The position numbers and the translations under genes are program-made. This document shows positions 25,701-38,900 of a stretch of DNA of 64,000 nt, piece after piece (position 1 is the stretch's first letter; every line of letters starts with the position of its first letter). The notes below the pieces were generated by a model, which worked only from the letters and a program-made list of their open reading frames with translations, did no database searches and was not told the origin of the DNA. The DNA is from Eledone cirrhosa. Lineage: Eukaryota. Where the stretch lies: positions 260,772,001 through 260,836,000 of the forward strand of contig OZ024741.1 in the NCBI GenBank assembly GCA_964016885.1, read 5' to 3'.

Positions 25701-28700
25701 GTGTTTCGACTTACTAATGTTCTTACTTACGAGTGTTTCGGCGTACGAGAGTTTTGACTTACGAGTGTTTCGAATTACGAGTGATTCGACTTACGAGTGT
25801 TTTGACTTACGAATGTTTTGACTTACGGGTGTTTCGGCTTACGAGTGTTTCGACTTACGAGTCTTTCGACTTACGAGTGTTTCGACTTACTAATGTTTTT
25901 ACTTACGAGTGTTTCGGCGTACGAGTGTTTCGACTTACGAGTGTTTCGACTAACGGGTGTTTTGACTTACGGGTGTTTCGGCTTACGGGTGTTTTGACTT
26001 ACGAGTGTTTTGACTTAAGGGTGTTTCGACTTACGAGTATTTTTGGCTTACGAGTGTTTCGACTTACGAGTGTTTTGACTTACGAGTGTTCTGATTTACG
26101 GATGTTTCGACATACGAGTGTTTCGACTTACGAGTGTTTCGACTTATGAGTGTTTCGACTTACGACTGTTTCGACTTACGAGTGTTTCGGCTTATCAGTG
26201 TTTCGACTTACGAGTGTTTCGACTTACGAGTGTTTTGACTTACGGGTGTTTTGACATACGAGTGTTTCGATACGAGTGTTCTGACTTACGAGTGTTTTGA
26301 CTCACGAGTGTTCTGACTTACGAGTGTTCCGACTTACGAGTGTTCCGACTCACGAGTGTTTCGGCTTACGAGTGTTTCCGGCTTACGAGTGTTTCGACTT
26401 ACGAGTGTTTTGACTTACGGTGTTTCGGCTTACGAGTGATTCGACTTACGAGTGTTTTGACTTACGGGTGTTTTGACTTACGGGTGTTGTGAATTACGAG
26501 TGTTCCGATTTACGAGTGTTTTGACTTACGGTGTTTCGGCTTACGAGTGATTCGACTTACGAATGTTTTGACTTACGGGTGTTTCGGCTTGCGAGTGTTT
26601 CGACTTACGAGTGTTTCGGCTTACGAGTGTTTCGACTTACTAATTTTTTTACTTACGAGTGTTTCGGCGTACGAGAGTTTTGACTTACGAGTGTTTCGAC
26701 TTACGGGTGTTTTGAGTTACGGGTGTTTCGGCTTACGAGTGTTTCGACTTACGATTGTTTGGCTTACGAATGTTTCGACTTACGAGTGTTTCGACTTACG
26801 AGAGTTTTGACTTACGGTGTTTCGGCTTACGAGTGTTTCGACTTACGAGTGTTTTGACTTACGGGTGTTTTGACATACGAGTGTTTCGATACGAGTGTTC
26901 TGACTTACGAGTGTTCTGACTTACGAGTGTTCTGACTTACGGGTGTTCTGACTTACGAGTGTTCCGACTTACGAGTGTTTCGGCTTATGAGGGTTTCGAC
27001 TTAAGAGTGCTTCGGCTTACGAGTGTTTCGACTTACGAGTGTTTCGGCTTACGAGTGTTTCGACTTACGAATGTTTTGGCTTACGAGTGTTTCGGCTTAT
27101 GAGTGTTTCGACTTACGAGTGTTTCGACTTACGAGTGTTTCGACTTACGGTGTTTCGGCTTACGAGTGTTTCGACATACGAGTGTTTTGACGTACGTGTG
27201 TTTCGACTTACGGGTGTTTCGACTTAAGAGTGTTTCGACTTACGAGCGCTTCGAATTACTAATGTTTTTACTTACGAGTGTTTCGGCGTACGAGTGTTTC
27301 GACTTACGAGTGTTTCGACTTACGGGTGTTTTGACTTACGGGTGTTTCGGCTTACGAGTGTTTCGACTTACGATTGTTTGGCTTACGAATGTTTCGGCTT
27401 ACGAGTGTTTCGACTTACGAGAGTTTTGACTTACGGTGTTTCGGCTTACGAGTGTTTCGACTTACGAGTGTTTTGACTTACGGGTGTTTTGACATACGAG
27501 TGTTTCGATACGAGTGTTCTGACTTACGAGTGTTCTGACTTACGAGTGTTCTGACTTACGGGTGTTCTGACTTACGAGTGTTCCGACTTACGAGTGTTTC
27601 GGCTTATGAGGGTTTCGACTTACGAGTGCTTCGGCTTACGAGTGTTTCGACTTACTAGTGTTTCGGCTTACGAGTGTTTCGACTTACGAGTGTTCTGACC
27701 TACGAGTGTTCTGACTTACGAGTGTTTCGACTTACGAGTGTTTTGACTTACGGGGGTTTCGACTTACGAGTGTTTCGAGTTACGAGTGTTTCGAGTTACG
27801 AGTGTTTCGACTTACGAGTGTTTTTACTTACGAATGTTCTGACTTACGGGTGTTTCGGCTTACGAGTGTTTCGACTTACGAGTGTTTTAACTTACGGGTG
27901 TTTCTACTTACGCGTGTTTCGACTTGCAAGTGTTTCGACTTACGAGTGTTTCGACTTGCAAGTGTTTCGACTTACGAGTGTTTCGACTACGAATGATCCG
28001 ACTTACGAGTGTTTCGACTTACGAGTGTTTCGACTTACGAGTGTTCTGACTTACGGGTGTTCCGACTTACGAGTGTTTCGGCTTACGATTGTTTTGACTT
28101 ACGATTGTTTTGGCTTACGAATGTTTCGACTTACGAGTGTTTCGGCTTACGAGTGTTTCGACCTACGAGTGTTTCGGCTTACGAGTGTTTTGACGTACGA
28201 ATGTTTTGGCTTACGCGTGTTTCGGCTTACGAGTGTTTCGACTCACGAGAGTTTTAACTTACGGGTATTTCGACTTACGCGTGTTTCGACTTACGAATGT
28301 TCCGACTTACGAGTGTTTCGACTTACGAGTGTTTCGGCGTACGAGTGTTTCGACTTACGAGTGTTTTGACTTACGTGTGTTTCGGCTTACGAGTGTTTTG
28401 ACTTACGAGTGTTTTGACTTACGGGTGTTTCGGCTTACGAGTGTTTCGACTTACGAGTGTTCTGACTTACGAGTGTTCCGACTTACCAGCGTTCCGACTT
28501 ACGAGTGTTTCGGCTTACGAGTGTTCCGACTTACGAGTGTTTCGACTTACGAGTGTTTTGACTTACGGTGTTTCGGCTTACGAGTGTTTTGACTTACGAG
28601 TGTTTTGACTTACGGGTGTTTTGACATACGAGTGTTTCGATACGAGTGTTCTGACTTACGAGTGTTATGACTTACGAGCGTTCTGACTTACGAGTGTTCT

Positions 28701-29911
28701 GACTTACGAGTGTTCTGACTTACGGGTGTTCTTACTTACGAGTGTTCCGACTTACGAGTGTTTCAGCTTATGAGTGTTTCGACTTACGAGTGCTTCGGTT
28801 TACGAGTGTTTCGACTTACGAGTGTTTCGACTTACGAGTGTTTTGACTTACGAGTGTTTTGACTAACGGTGTTTCTGCTTACGAGTGTTTCGACTTACGA
28901 GTGTTATGACTTACGGGTGTTTTGACATACGAGTGTTTCGATACGAGTGTTTCGACTTACGAGTGTTACGAGTGTTCTGACTTACGAGTGTTTCGACTTA
29001 CGAGTGTTCTGACCTACGAGTGTTATGACTTACGAGTGTTTCGACTTACGAGTGTTTTGACTTACGGGTGTTTCGACTTACGAGTGTTTCGAGTTACGAG
29101 TGTTTCGAGTTACGAGTGTTTCGACTTACGAGTGTTTTTACTTACGAATGTTCTGAATTACGGGTGTTTCGGCTTACGAGTGTTTCGACTTACGAATGTT
29201 TTGACTTACGGGTGTTTCGGCTTACGAGTGTTTCGACTTACGAGTGTTTCGGCTTGCGAGTGTTTCGACTTACTAATGTTTTTACTTACCAGTTTTTCGG
29301 CGTACGAGTGTTTCGACTTACGAGTGTTTCGACTTACGGGTGTTTTGACTTAAGGGTGTTTCGACTTACAAGTGTTTCGACTTACGAGTGTTTCGACTTA
29401 CGAGTGTTCTGACTTACGAGTGTTCTGATTTACGGATGTTTCAACATACGAGTGTTTCGACTTAGGAGTGTTTCGACTTACGAGTGTTTTGACTTACGGG
29501 TGTTTTGACATACGAGTGTTTCGATACGAGTGTTTCGACTTACGAGTGTTCTGACTTACGAGTGTTCTGACTTACGAGTGTTCTGACTTACGAGTGTTCT
29601 GATTTACGAGTGTTCCGACTTACGAGTGTTTCGGCTTACGAGTGTTTCGGCTTACGAGTGTTTCGACTTACGAATGTTTCGACTTACGAGTGTTCCGACT
29701 TACGGGTGTTTCGACTTACGAGTGGTTTGGCTTACGGTGTTTCGGCTTACGAGTGTTTCGAGTTACGAGTGTTTTGACTTACGCGTGTTTTGACATACGA
29801 GTGTTTCGATACGAGTGTTCTGACTTACGAGTGTTCTGACTTACGAGTGTTCCGACTTTACGAGTGTTTCGGCTCACGAGTGTTTCGGCTTACGAGTGTT
29901 TCGACTTACGA

Positions 29912-29988
29912 AAATAACAAATAGACGCGGTTTCAAATCTCTATGATTTTCAAATTCATTACATTAATCTTTATTTATACGTTTCGCT
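29912..29988. repeat. 77-bp AT-rich interruption, copy 8
   Basis: Read directly; internal ATG at 29943. Confidence 0.95.
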
Positions 29989-32428
29989 TTACGAGTGTTT
30001 CGACTTACGAGTGTTTCGACATACGAGTGTTTCGACTTCCGAATGTTTTTGCTTACGGGTGTTTCGACTTACGAATGTTTCGGCTTACGAGTGTTTCGGC
30101 TTACGAGTGTTCCGACTTAGGAGTGTTTCGGCTTACGAGTGTTTCCGGCTTACGAGTGTTTCGACTTACGAGTGTTTCGACTTTCGAGTGTTTTGACTTA
30201 CGGTGTTTCGGCTTACGAGTGATTCGACTTACGAGTGTTTTGACTTACGGGTGTTTTGACTTACGGGTGTTGTGAATTACCAGTGTTCCGATTTACGAGT
30301 ATTTTGACTTACGGTGTTTCGGCTTGCGAGTGTTTCGACTCACGAGTGTTTCGGCTTATGAGTGTTTCGACTTACTAATGTTTTTACTTACGAGTGTTTC
30401 GGCGTTCGAGTGTTTTGCCTTACGAGTGTTTCGACTTAAGAGTGTTTTGACTTACGAATGTTTTGACTTACGGGTGTTTCGGCTTATGAGTGTTTCGACT
30501 TACGAGTGTTTCGACTTACGAGTGTTTCGACTTACGAGTGTTCTGACTTACGAGTGTTCTGACTTACGAATGTTCCGACTTACGAGTGTTTCAGTTTACG
30601 AGTGTTTCGACATACGAGTGTTTTGACTTACGGGTGTTTCGACTACGGGTGTTTCGAATTACGAGTGTTTCGGCTTACGAGTGTTTCGACTTACTAATGT
30701 TTTTACTTACGAGTGTTTCGGTGTACGAATGTTTTGACTTAAGGATGTTTCGACTTACGAGTGTTTCGACTTACGAGTGTTTCGGCTTACGTGAGTTTCG
30801 ACTTAAGAGTGTTCTGATTTACGAGTGTTCTGACTTGCGGGTGTTCTGATTTACGAGTGTTCCGACTTACGAGTGTTTCGGCTTATGAGTGTTTCGACTT
30901 ACGAGTGTTTCGGCTTACGAGTGTTTCGACTTATGGGTGTTTCGACTTACGAGTGTTTTTACTTACGGTGTTTCGGCTTACGAGTGTTTCGACATACGAG
31001 TGTTTTGACTTACGGGTGTTTCGACTTACGAGTGTTTTGACTTACGAATGTTTTGACTTACGGGTGTTTCGGCTTACGAGTGTTTCGACTTACGAGTGTT
31101 TCGGCTTACGAGTGTTTCGACTTACTAATGTTTTTACTTACGAGTGTTTCGGCGTACGAGAGTTTTGACTTACGAGTGTTTCGACTTACGAGTGTTTTGA
31201 CTTACGAATGTTTTGACTTACGGGTGTTTCGGCTTATGAGTGTTTCGACTTACGAGTCTTTCGGCTTACGAGTGTTTCGACTTACTAATGTTTTTACTTA
31301 CGAGTGTTTCGGCGTACGAGTGTTTCGACTTACGAGTGTTTCGACTTACGGGTGTTTTGACTTACGGGTGTTTCGGCTTACGAGTGTTTCGACTTACGAT
31401 TGTTTGGCTTACGAATGTTTCGACTTACGAGTGTTTCGACTTACGAGAGTTTTGACTTACGGTGTTTCGGCTTACGAGTGTTTCGACTTACGAGTGTTTT
31501 GACTTACGGGTGTTTTGACATACGAGTGTTTCGATACGAGTGTTCTGACTTACGAGTGTTCTGACTTACGAGTGTTTCGACTTACGAGTGTTTTGACTTA
31601 CGGGTGTTTTGACATACGAGTGTTTCGATACGAGTGTTCTGACTTACGAGTGTTCTGACTTACGAGTGTTCTGACTTACGGGTGTTCTGACTTACGAGTG
31701 TTCCGGCTTACGAGTGTTTCGGCTTATGAGGGTTTCGACTTACGAGTGCTTCGGCTTACGAGTGTTTCGACTTACGAGTGTTTCGGATACGAGTGTTTCG
31801 ACTTACGAATGTTTTGGCTTACGAGTGTTTCGGCTTACGAGTGTTTCGACTTACGAGTGTTTCGACTTACGAGTGTTTTGACTTACGGTGTTTCGGCTTA
31901 CGAGTGTTTCGACATACGAGTGTTTTGACGTACGGGTGTTTCGACTTACGGGTGTTTCGACTTAAGAGTGTTTCGACTTACGAGCGCTTCGACTTACGAG
32001 TGTTTCGGCTTACGAGTGTTTCGGCGTATGAGTGTTTCGACTTACGAGTCTTTCGGATTACGAGTGTTTCGACTTACTAATGTTTTTACTTACGAGTGTT
32101 TCGGCGTACGAGTGTTTCGACTTACGAGTGTTTCGACTTACGGGTGTTTTGACTTACGGGTGTTTCGGCTTACGAGTGTTTCGACTTACGATTGTTTGGC
32201 TTACGAATGTTTCGGCTTACGAGTGTTTCGACTTACGAGAGTTTTGACTTACGGTGTTTCGGCTTACGAGTGTTTCGACTTACGAGTGTTTTGACTTACG
32301 GGTGTTTTGACATACGAGTGTTTCGATACGAGTGTTCTGACTTACGAGTGTTCTGACTTACGAGTGTTCCGACTTTACGAGTGTTTCGGCTCACGAGTGT
32401 TTCGGCTTACGAGTGTTTCGACTTACGA

Positions 32429-32505
32429 AAATAACAAATAGACGCGGTTTCAAATCTCTATGATTTTCAAATTCATTACATTAATCTTTATTTATACGTT
32501 TCGCT
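32429..32505. repeat. 77-bp AT-rich interruption, copy 9
   Basis: Read directly; 2517 bp after copy 8. Confidence 0.95.
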
Positions 32506-34945
32506 TTACGAGTGTTTCGACTTACGAGTGTTTCGACATACGAGTGTTTCGACTTCCGAATGTTTTTGCTTACGGGTGTTTCGACTTACGAATGTTTCGG
32601 CTTACGAGTGTTTCGGCTTACGAGTGTTCCGACTTAGGAGTGTTTCGGCTTACGAGTGTTTCCGGCTTACGAGTGTTTCGACTTACGAGTGTTTCGACTT
32701 TCGAGTGTTTTGACTTACGGTGTTTCGGCTTACGAGTGATTCGACTTACGAGTGTTTTGACTAACGGGTGTTTTGACTTACGGGTGTTGTGAATTACCAG
32801 TGTTCCGATTTACGAGTATTTTGACTTACGGTGTTTCGGCTTGCGAGTGTTTCGACTCACGAGTGTTTCGGCTTATGAGTGTTTCGACTTACTAATGTTT
32901 TTACTTACGAGTGTTTCGGCGTTCGAGTGTTTTGCCTTACGAGTGTTTCGACTTAAGAGTGTTTTGACTTACGAATGTTTTGACTTACGGGTGTTTCGGC
33001 TTATGAGTGTTTCGACTTACGAGTGTTTCGACTTACGAGTGTTTCGACTTACGAGTGTTCTGACTTACGAGTGTTCTGACTTACGAATGTTCCGACTTAC
33101 GAGTGTTTCAGTTTACGAGTGTTTCGACATACGAGTGTTTTGACTTACGGGTGTTTCGACTACGGGTGTTTCGAATTACGAGTGTTTCGGCTTACGAGTG
33201 TTTCGACTTACTAATGTTTTTACTTACGAGTGTTTCGGTGTACGAATGTTTTGACTTAAGGATGTTTCGACTTACGAGTGTTTCGACTTACGAGTGTTTC
33301 GGCTTACGTGAGTTTCGACTTAAGAGTGTTCTGATTTACGAGTGTTCTGACTTGCGGGTGTTCTGATTTACGAGTGTTCCGACTTACGAGTGTTTCGGCT
33401 TATGAGTGTTTCGACTTACGAGTGTTTCAGCTTACGAGTGTTTCGACTTATGGGTGTTTCGACTTACGAGTGTTTTTACTTACGGTGTTTCGGCTTACGA
33501 GTGTTTCGACATACGAGTGTTTTGACTTACGGGTGTTTCGACTTACGAGTGTTTTGACTTACGAATGTTTTGACTTACGGGTGTTTCGGCTTACGAGTGT
33601 TTCGACTTACGAGTGTTTCGGCTTACGAGTGTTTCGACTTACTAATGTTTTTACTTACGAGTGTTTCGGCGTACGAGAGTTTTGACTTACGAGTGTTTCG
33701 ACTTACGAGTGTTTTGACTTACGAATGTTTTGACTTACGGGTGTTTCGGCTTATGAGTGTTTCGACTTACGAGTCTTTCGGCTTACGAGTGTTTCGACTT
33801 ACTAATGTTTTTACTTACGAGTGTTTCGGCGTACGAGTGTTTCGACTTACGAGTGTTTCGACTTACGGGTGTTTTGACTTACGGGTGTTTCGGCTTACGA
33901 GTGTTTCGACTTACGATTGTTTGGCTTACGAATGTTTCGACTTACGAGTGTTTCGACTTACGAGAGTTTTGACTTACGGTGTTTCGGCTTACGAGTGTTT
34001 CGACTTACGAGTGTTTTGACTTACGGGTGTTTTGACATACGAGTGTTTCGATACGAGTGTTCTGACTTACGAGTGTTCTGACTTACGAGTGTTTCGACTT
34101 ACGAGTGTTTTGACTTACGGGTGTTTTGACATACGAGTGTTTCGATACGAGTGTTCTGACTTACGAGTGTTCTGACTTACGAGTGTTCTGACTTACGGGT
34201 GTTCTGACTTACGAGTGTTCCGGCTTACGAGTGTTTCGGCTTATGAGGGTTTCGACTTACGAGTGCTTCGGCTTACGAGTGTTTCGACTTACGAGTGTTT
34301 CGGATACGAGTGTTTCGACTTACGAATGTTTTGGCTTACGAGTGTTTCGGCTTACGAGTGTTTCGACTTACGAGTGTTTCGACTTACGAGTGTTTTGACT
34401 TACGGTGTTTCGGCTTACGAGTGTTTCGACATACGAGTGTTTTGACGTACGGGTGTTTCGACTTACGGGTGTTTCGACTTAAGAGTGTTTCGACTTACGA
34501 GCGCTTCGACTTACGAGTGTTTCGGCTTACGAGTGTTTCGGCGTATGAGTGTTTCGACTTACGAGTCTTTCGGCTTACGAGTGTTTCGACTTACTAATGT
34601 TTTTACTTACGAGTGTTTCGGCGTACGAGTGTTTCGACTTACGAGTGTTTCGACTTACGGGTGTTTTGACTTACGGGTGTTTCGGCTTACGAGTGTTTCG
34701 ACTTACGATTGTTTGGCTTACGAATGTTTCGGCTTACGAGTGTTTCGACTTACGAGAGTTTTGACTTACGGTGTTTCGGCTTACGAGTGTTTCGACTTAC
34801 GAGTGTTTTGACTTACGGGTGTTTTGACATACGAGTGTTTCGATACGAGTGTTCTGACTTACGAGTGTTCTGACTTACGAGTGTTCCGACTTTACGAGTG
34901 TTTCGGCTCACGAGTGTTTCGGCTTACGAGTGTTTCGACTTACGA

Positions 34946-35022
34946 AAATAACAAATAGACGCGGTTTCAAATCTCTATGATTTTCAAATTCATTACATTA
35001 ATCTTTATTTATACGTTTCGCT
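34946..35022. repeat. 77-bp AT-rich interruption, copy 10
   Basis: Read directly; 2517 bp after copy 9. Confidence 0.95.
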
Positions 35023-35949
35023 TTACGAGTGTTTCGACTTACGAGTGTTTCGACATACGAGTGTTTCGACTTCCGAATGTTTTTGCTTACGGGTGTTTCG
35101 ACTTACGAATGTTTCGGCTTACGAGTGTTTCGGCTTACGAGTGTTCCGACTTAGGAGTGTTTCGGCTTACGAGTGTTTCCGGCTTACGAGTGTTTCGACT
35201 TACGAGTGTTTCGACTTTCGAGTGTTTTGACTTACGGTGTTTCGGCTTACGAGTGATTCGACTTACGAGTGTTTTGACTAACGGGTGTTTTGACTTACGG
35301 GTGTTGTGAATTACCAGTGTTCCGATTTACGAGTATTTTGACTTACGGTGTTTCGGCTTGCGAGTGTTTCGACTCACGAGTGTTTCGGCTTATGAGTGTT
35401 TCGACTTACTAATGTTTTTACTTACGAGTGTTTCGGCGTTCGAGTGTTTTGCCTTACGAGTGTTTCGACTTAAGAGTGTTTTGACTTACGAATGTTTTGA
35501 CTTACGGGTGTTTCGGCTTATGAGTGTTTCGACTTACGAGTGTTTCGACTTACGAGTGTTTCGACTTACGAGTGTTCTGACTTACGAGTGTTCTGACTTA
35601 CGAATGTTCCGACTTACGAGTGTTTCAGTTTACGAGTGTTTCGACATACGAGTGTTTTGACTTACGGGTGTTTCGACTACGGGTGTTTCGAATTACGAGT
35701 GTTTCGGCTTACGAGTGTTTCGACTTACTAATGTTTTTACTTACGAGTGTTTCGGTGTTCGAATGTTTTGACTTAAGGATGTTTCGACTTACGAGTGTTT
35801 CGACTTACGAGTGTTTCGGCTTACGTGAGTTTCGACTTAAGAGTGTTCTGATTTACGAGTGTTCTGACTTGCGGGTGTTCTGATTTACGAGTGTTCCGAC
35901 TTACGAGTGTTTCGGCTTATGAGTGTTTCGACTTACGAGTGTTTCAGCT

Positions 35950-38900
35950 TACGAGTGTTTCGACTTATGGGTGTTTCGACTTACGAGTGTTTTTACTTAC
36001 GGTGTTTCGGCTTACGAGTGTTTCGACATACGAGTGTTTTGACTTACGGGTGTTTCGACTTACGAGTGTTTTGACTTACGAATGTTTTGACTTACGGGTG
36101 TTTCGGCTTACGAGTGTTTCGACTTACGAGTGTTTCGGCTTACGAGTGTTTCGACTTACTAATGTTTTTACTTACGAGTGTTTCGGCGTACGAGAGTTTT
36201 GACTTACGAGTGTTTCGACTTACGAGTGTTTTGACTTACGAATGTTTTGACTTACGGGTGTTTCGGCTTATGAGTGTTTCGACTTACGAGTCTTTCGGCT
36301 TACGAGTGTTTCGACTTACTAATGTTTTTACTTACGAGTGTTTCGGCGTACGAGTGTTTCGACTTACGAGTGTTTCGACTTACGGGTGTTTTGACTTACG
36401 GGTGTTTCGGCTTACGAGTGTTTCGACTTACGATTGTTTGGCTTACGAATGTTTCGACTTACGAGTGTTTCGACTTACGAGAGTTTTGACTTACGGTGTT
36501 TCGGCTTACGAGTGTTTCGACTTACGAGTGTTTTGACTTACGGGTGTTTTGACATACGAGTGTTTCGATACGAGTGTTCTGACTTACGAGTGTTCTGACT
36601 TACGAGTGTTTCGACTTACGAGTGTTTTGACTTACGGGTGTTTTGACATACGAGTGTTTCGATACGAGTGTTCTGACTTACGAGTGTTCTGACTTACGAG
36701 TGTTCTGACTTACGGGTGTTCTGACTTACGAGTGTTCCGGCTTACGAGTGTTTCGGCTTATGAGGGTTTCGACTTACGAGTGCTTCGGCTTACGAGTGTT
36801 TCGACTTACGAGTGTTTCGGATACGAGTGTTTCGACTTACGAATGTTTTGGCTTACGAGTGTTTCGGCTTACGAGTGTTTCGACTTACGAGTGTTTCGAC
36901 TTACGAGTGTTTTGACTTACGGTGTTTCGGCTTACGAGTGTTTCGACATACGAGTGTTTTGACGTACGGGTGTTTCGACTTACGGGTGTTTCGACTTAAG
37001 AGTGTTTCGACTTACGAGCGCTTCGACTTACGAGTGTTTCGGCTTACGAGTGTTTCGGCGTATGAGTGTTTCGACTTACGAGTCTTTCGGCTTACGAGTG
37101 TTTCGACTTACTAATGTTTTTACTTACGAGTGTTTCGGCGTACGAGTGTTTCGACTTACGAGTGTTTCGACTTACGGGTGTTTTGACTTACGGGTGTTTC
37201 GGCTTTCGAGTGTTTCGACTTACGATTGTTTGGCTTACGAATGTTTCGGCTTACGAGTGTTTCGACTTACGAGAGTTTTGACTTACGGTGTTTCGGCTTA
37301 CGAGTGTTTCGACTTACGAGTGTTTTGACTTACGGGTGTTTTGACATACGAGTGTTTCGATACGAGTGTTCTGACTTACGAGTGTTCTGACTTACGAGTG
37401 TTCTGACTTACGGGTGTTCTGACTTACGAGTGTTCCGACTTACGAGTGTTTCGGCTTATGAGGGTTTCGACTTACGAGTGCTTCGGCTTACGAGTGTTTC
37501 GACTTACGAGTGTTTCGGCTTACGAGTGTTTCGACTTACGAATGTTTTGGCTTACGAGTGTTTCGGCTTACGAGTGTTTCGACTTACGAGTGTTTCGACT
37601 TACGAGCGTTTTGACTTACGGTGTTTCGGCTTACGAGTGTTTCGACATACGAGTGTTTTGACGTACGGGTGTTTCGACTTACGGGTGTTTCGACTTAAGA
37701 GTGTTTCGACTTACGAGCGCTTCGACTTACGAGTGTTTCGGCTTACGAGTGTTTCGGCGTATGAGTGTTTTGACTTACGAGTGTTTCGACTTACGAGTGT
37801 TTCGACTTACGAGTGTTTAGACTTACGAGTGTTTCGACTTACGAGTGTTTTGACTTACGAGTGTTTTGACTAACGGTGTTTCTGCTTACGAGTGTTTCGA
37901 CTTACGAGTGTTATGACTTACGGGTGTTTTGACATACGAGTGTTTCGATACGAGTGTTTCGACTTACGAGTGTTACGAGTGTTCTGACTTACGAGTGTTT
38001 CGACTTACGAGTGTTCTGACCTACGAGTGTTCTGACTTACGAGTGTTTCGACTTACGAGTGTTTTGACTTACGGGGGTTTCGACTTACGAGTGTTTCGAG
38101 TTACGAGTGTTTCGAGTTACGAGTGTTTCGACTTACGAGTGTTTTTACTTACGAATGTTCTGACTTACGGGTGTTTCGGCTTACGAGTGTTTCGACTTAC
38201 GAGTGTTTTAACTTACGGGTGTTTCTACTTACGCGTGTTTCGACTTGCAAGTGTTTCGACTTACGAGTGTTTCGACTTGCAAGTGTTTCGACTTACGAGT
38301 GTTTCGACTACGAATGATCCGACTTACGAGTGTTTCGACTTACGAGTGTTTCGACTTACGAGTGTTCTGACTTACGGGTGTTCCGACTTACGAGTGTTTC
38401 GGCTTACGATTGTTTTGACTTACGATTGTTTTGGCTTACGAATGTTTCGACTTACGAGTGTTTCGACTTACGAGTGTTTTGACTTACGAGTGTTTTGTCT
38501 TACGGGTGTTTTGACATACGAGTGTTTCGATACGAGTGTTCTGACTTACGAGTGTTCTGACTTACGAGTGTTCTCACTTACGAGTGTTCTGACTTACGAG
38601 TGTTCTGACTTACGGGTGTTCTGACTTACGAGTGTTCCGACTTACGAGTGATTCGGCTTATGAGGGTTTCGACTTACGAGTGCTTCGGCTTACGAGTGTT
38701 TCGACCTACGAGTGTTTCGGCTTACGAGTGTTTTGACGTACGAATGTTTTGGCTTACGCGTGTTTCGTCTTACGAGTGTTTCGAATTACGAGTGTTTCGA
38801 CTTACGAGTGTTTTGACTTACGGTGTTTCGGCTTACGAGTGTTTCGACTCACGAGAGTTTTAACTTACGGGTGTTTCGACTTACGCGTGTTTCGACTTAC

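Larger units (their letters stand above)
29790..37390 (+). repeat. 2517-bp higher-order repeat, about 3 copies, one interruption per unit (boundaries approximate)
   Basis: ORF triplets 29943/32460/34977, 30324/32841/35358, 31053/33570/36087 and 31698/34215/36732, all at offset 2517. Confidence 0.92.
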
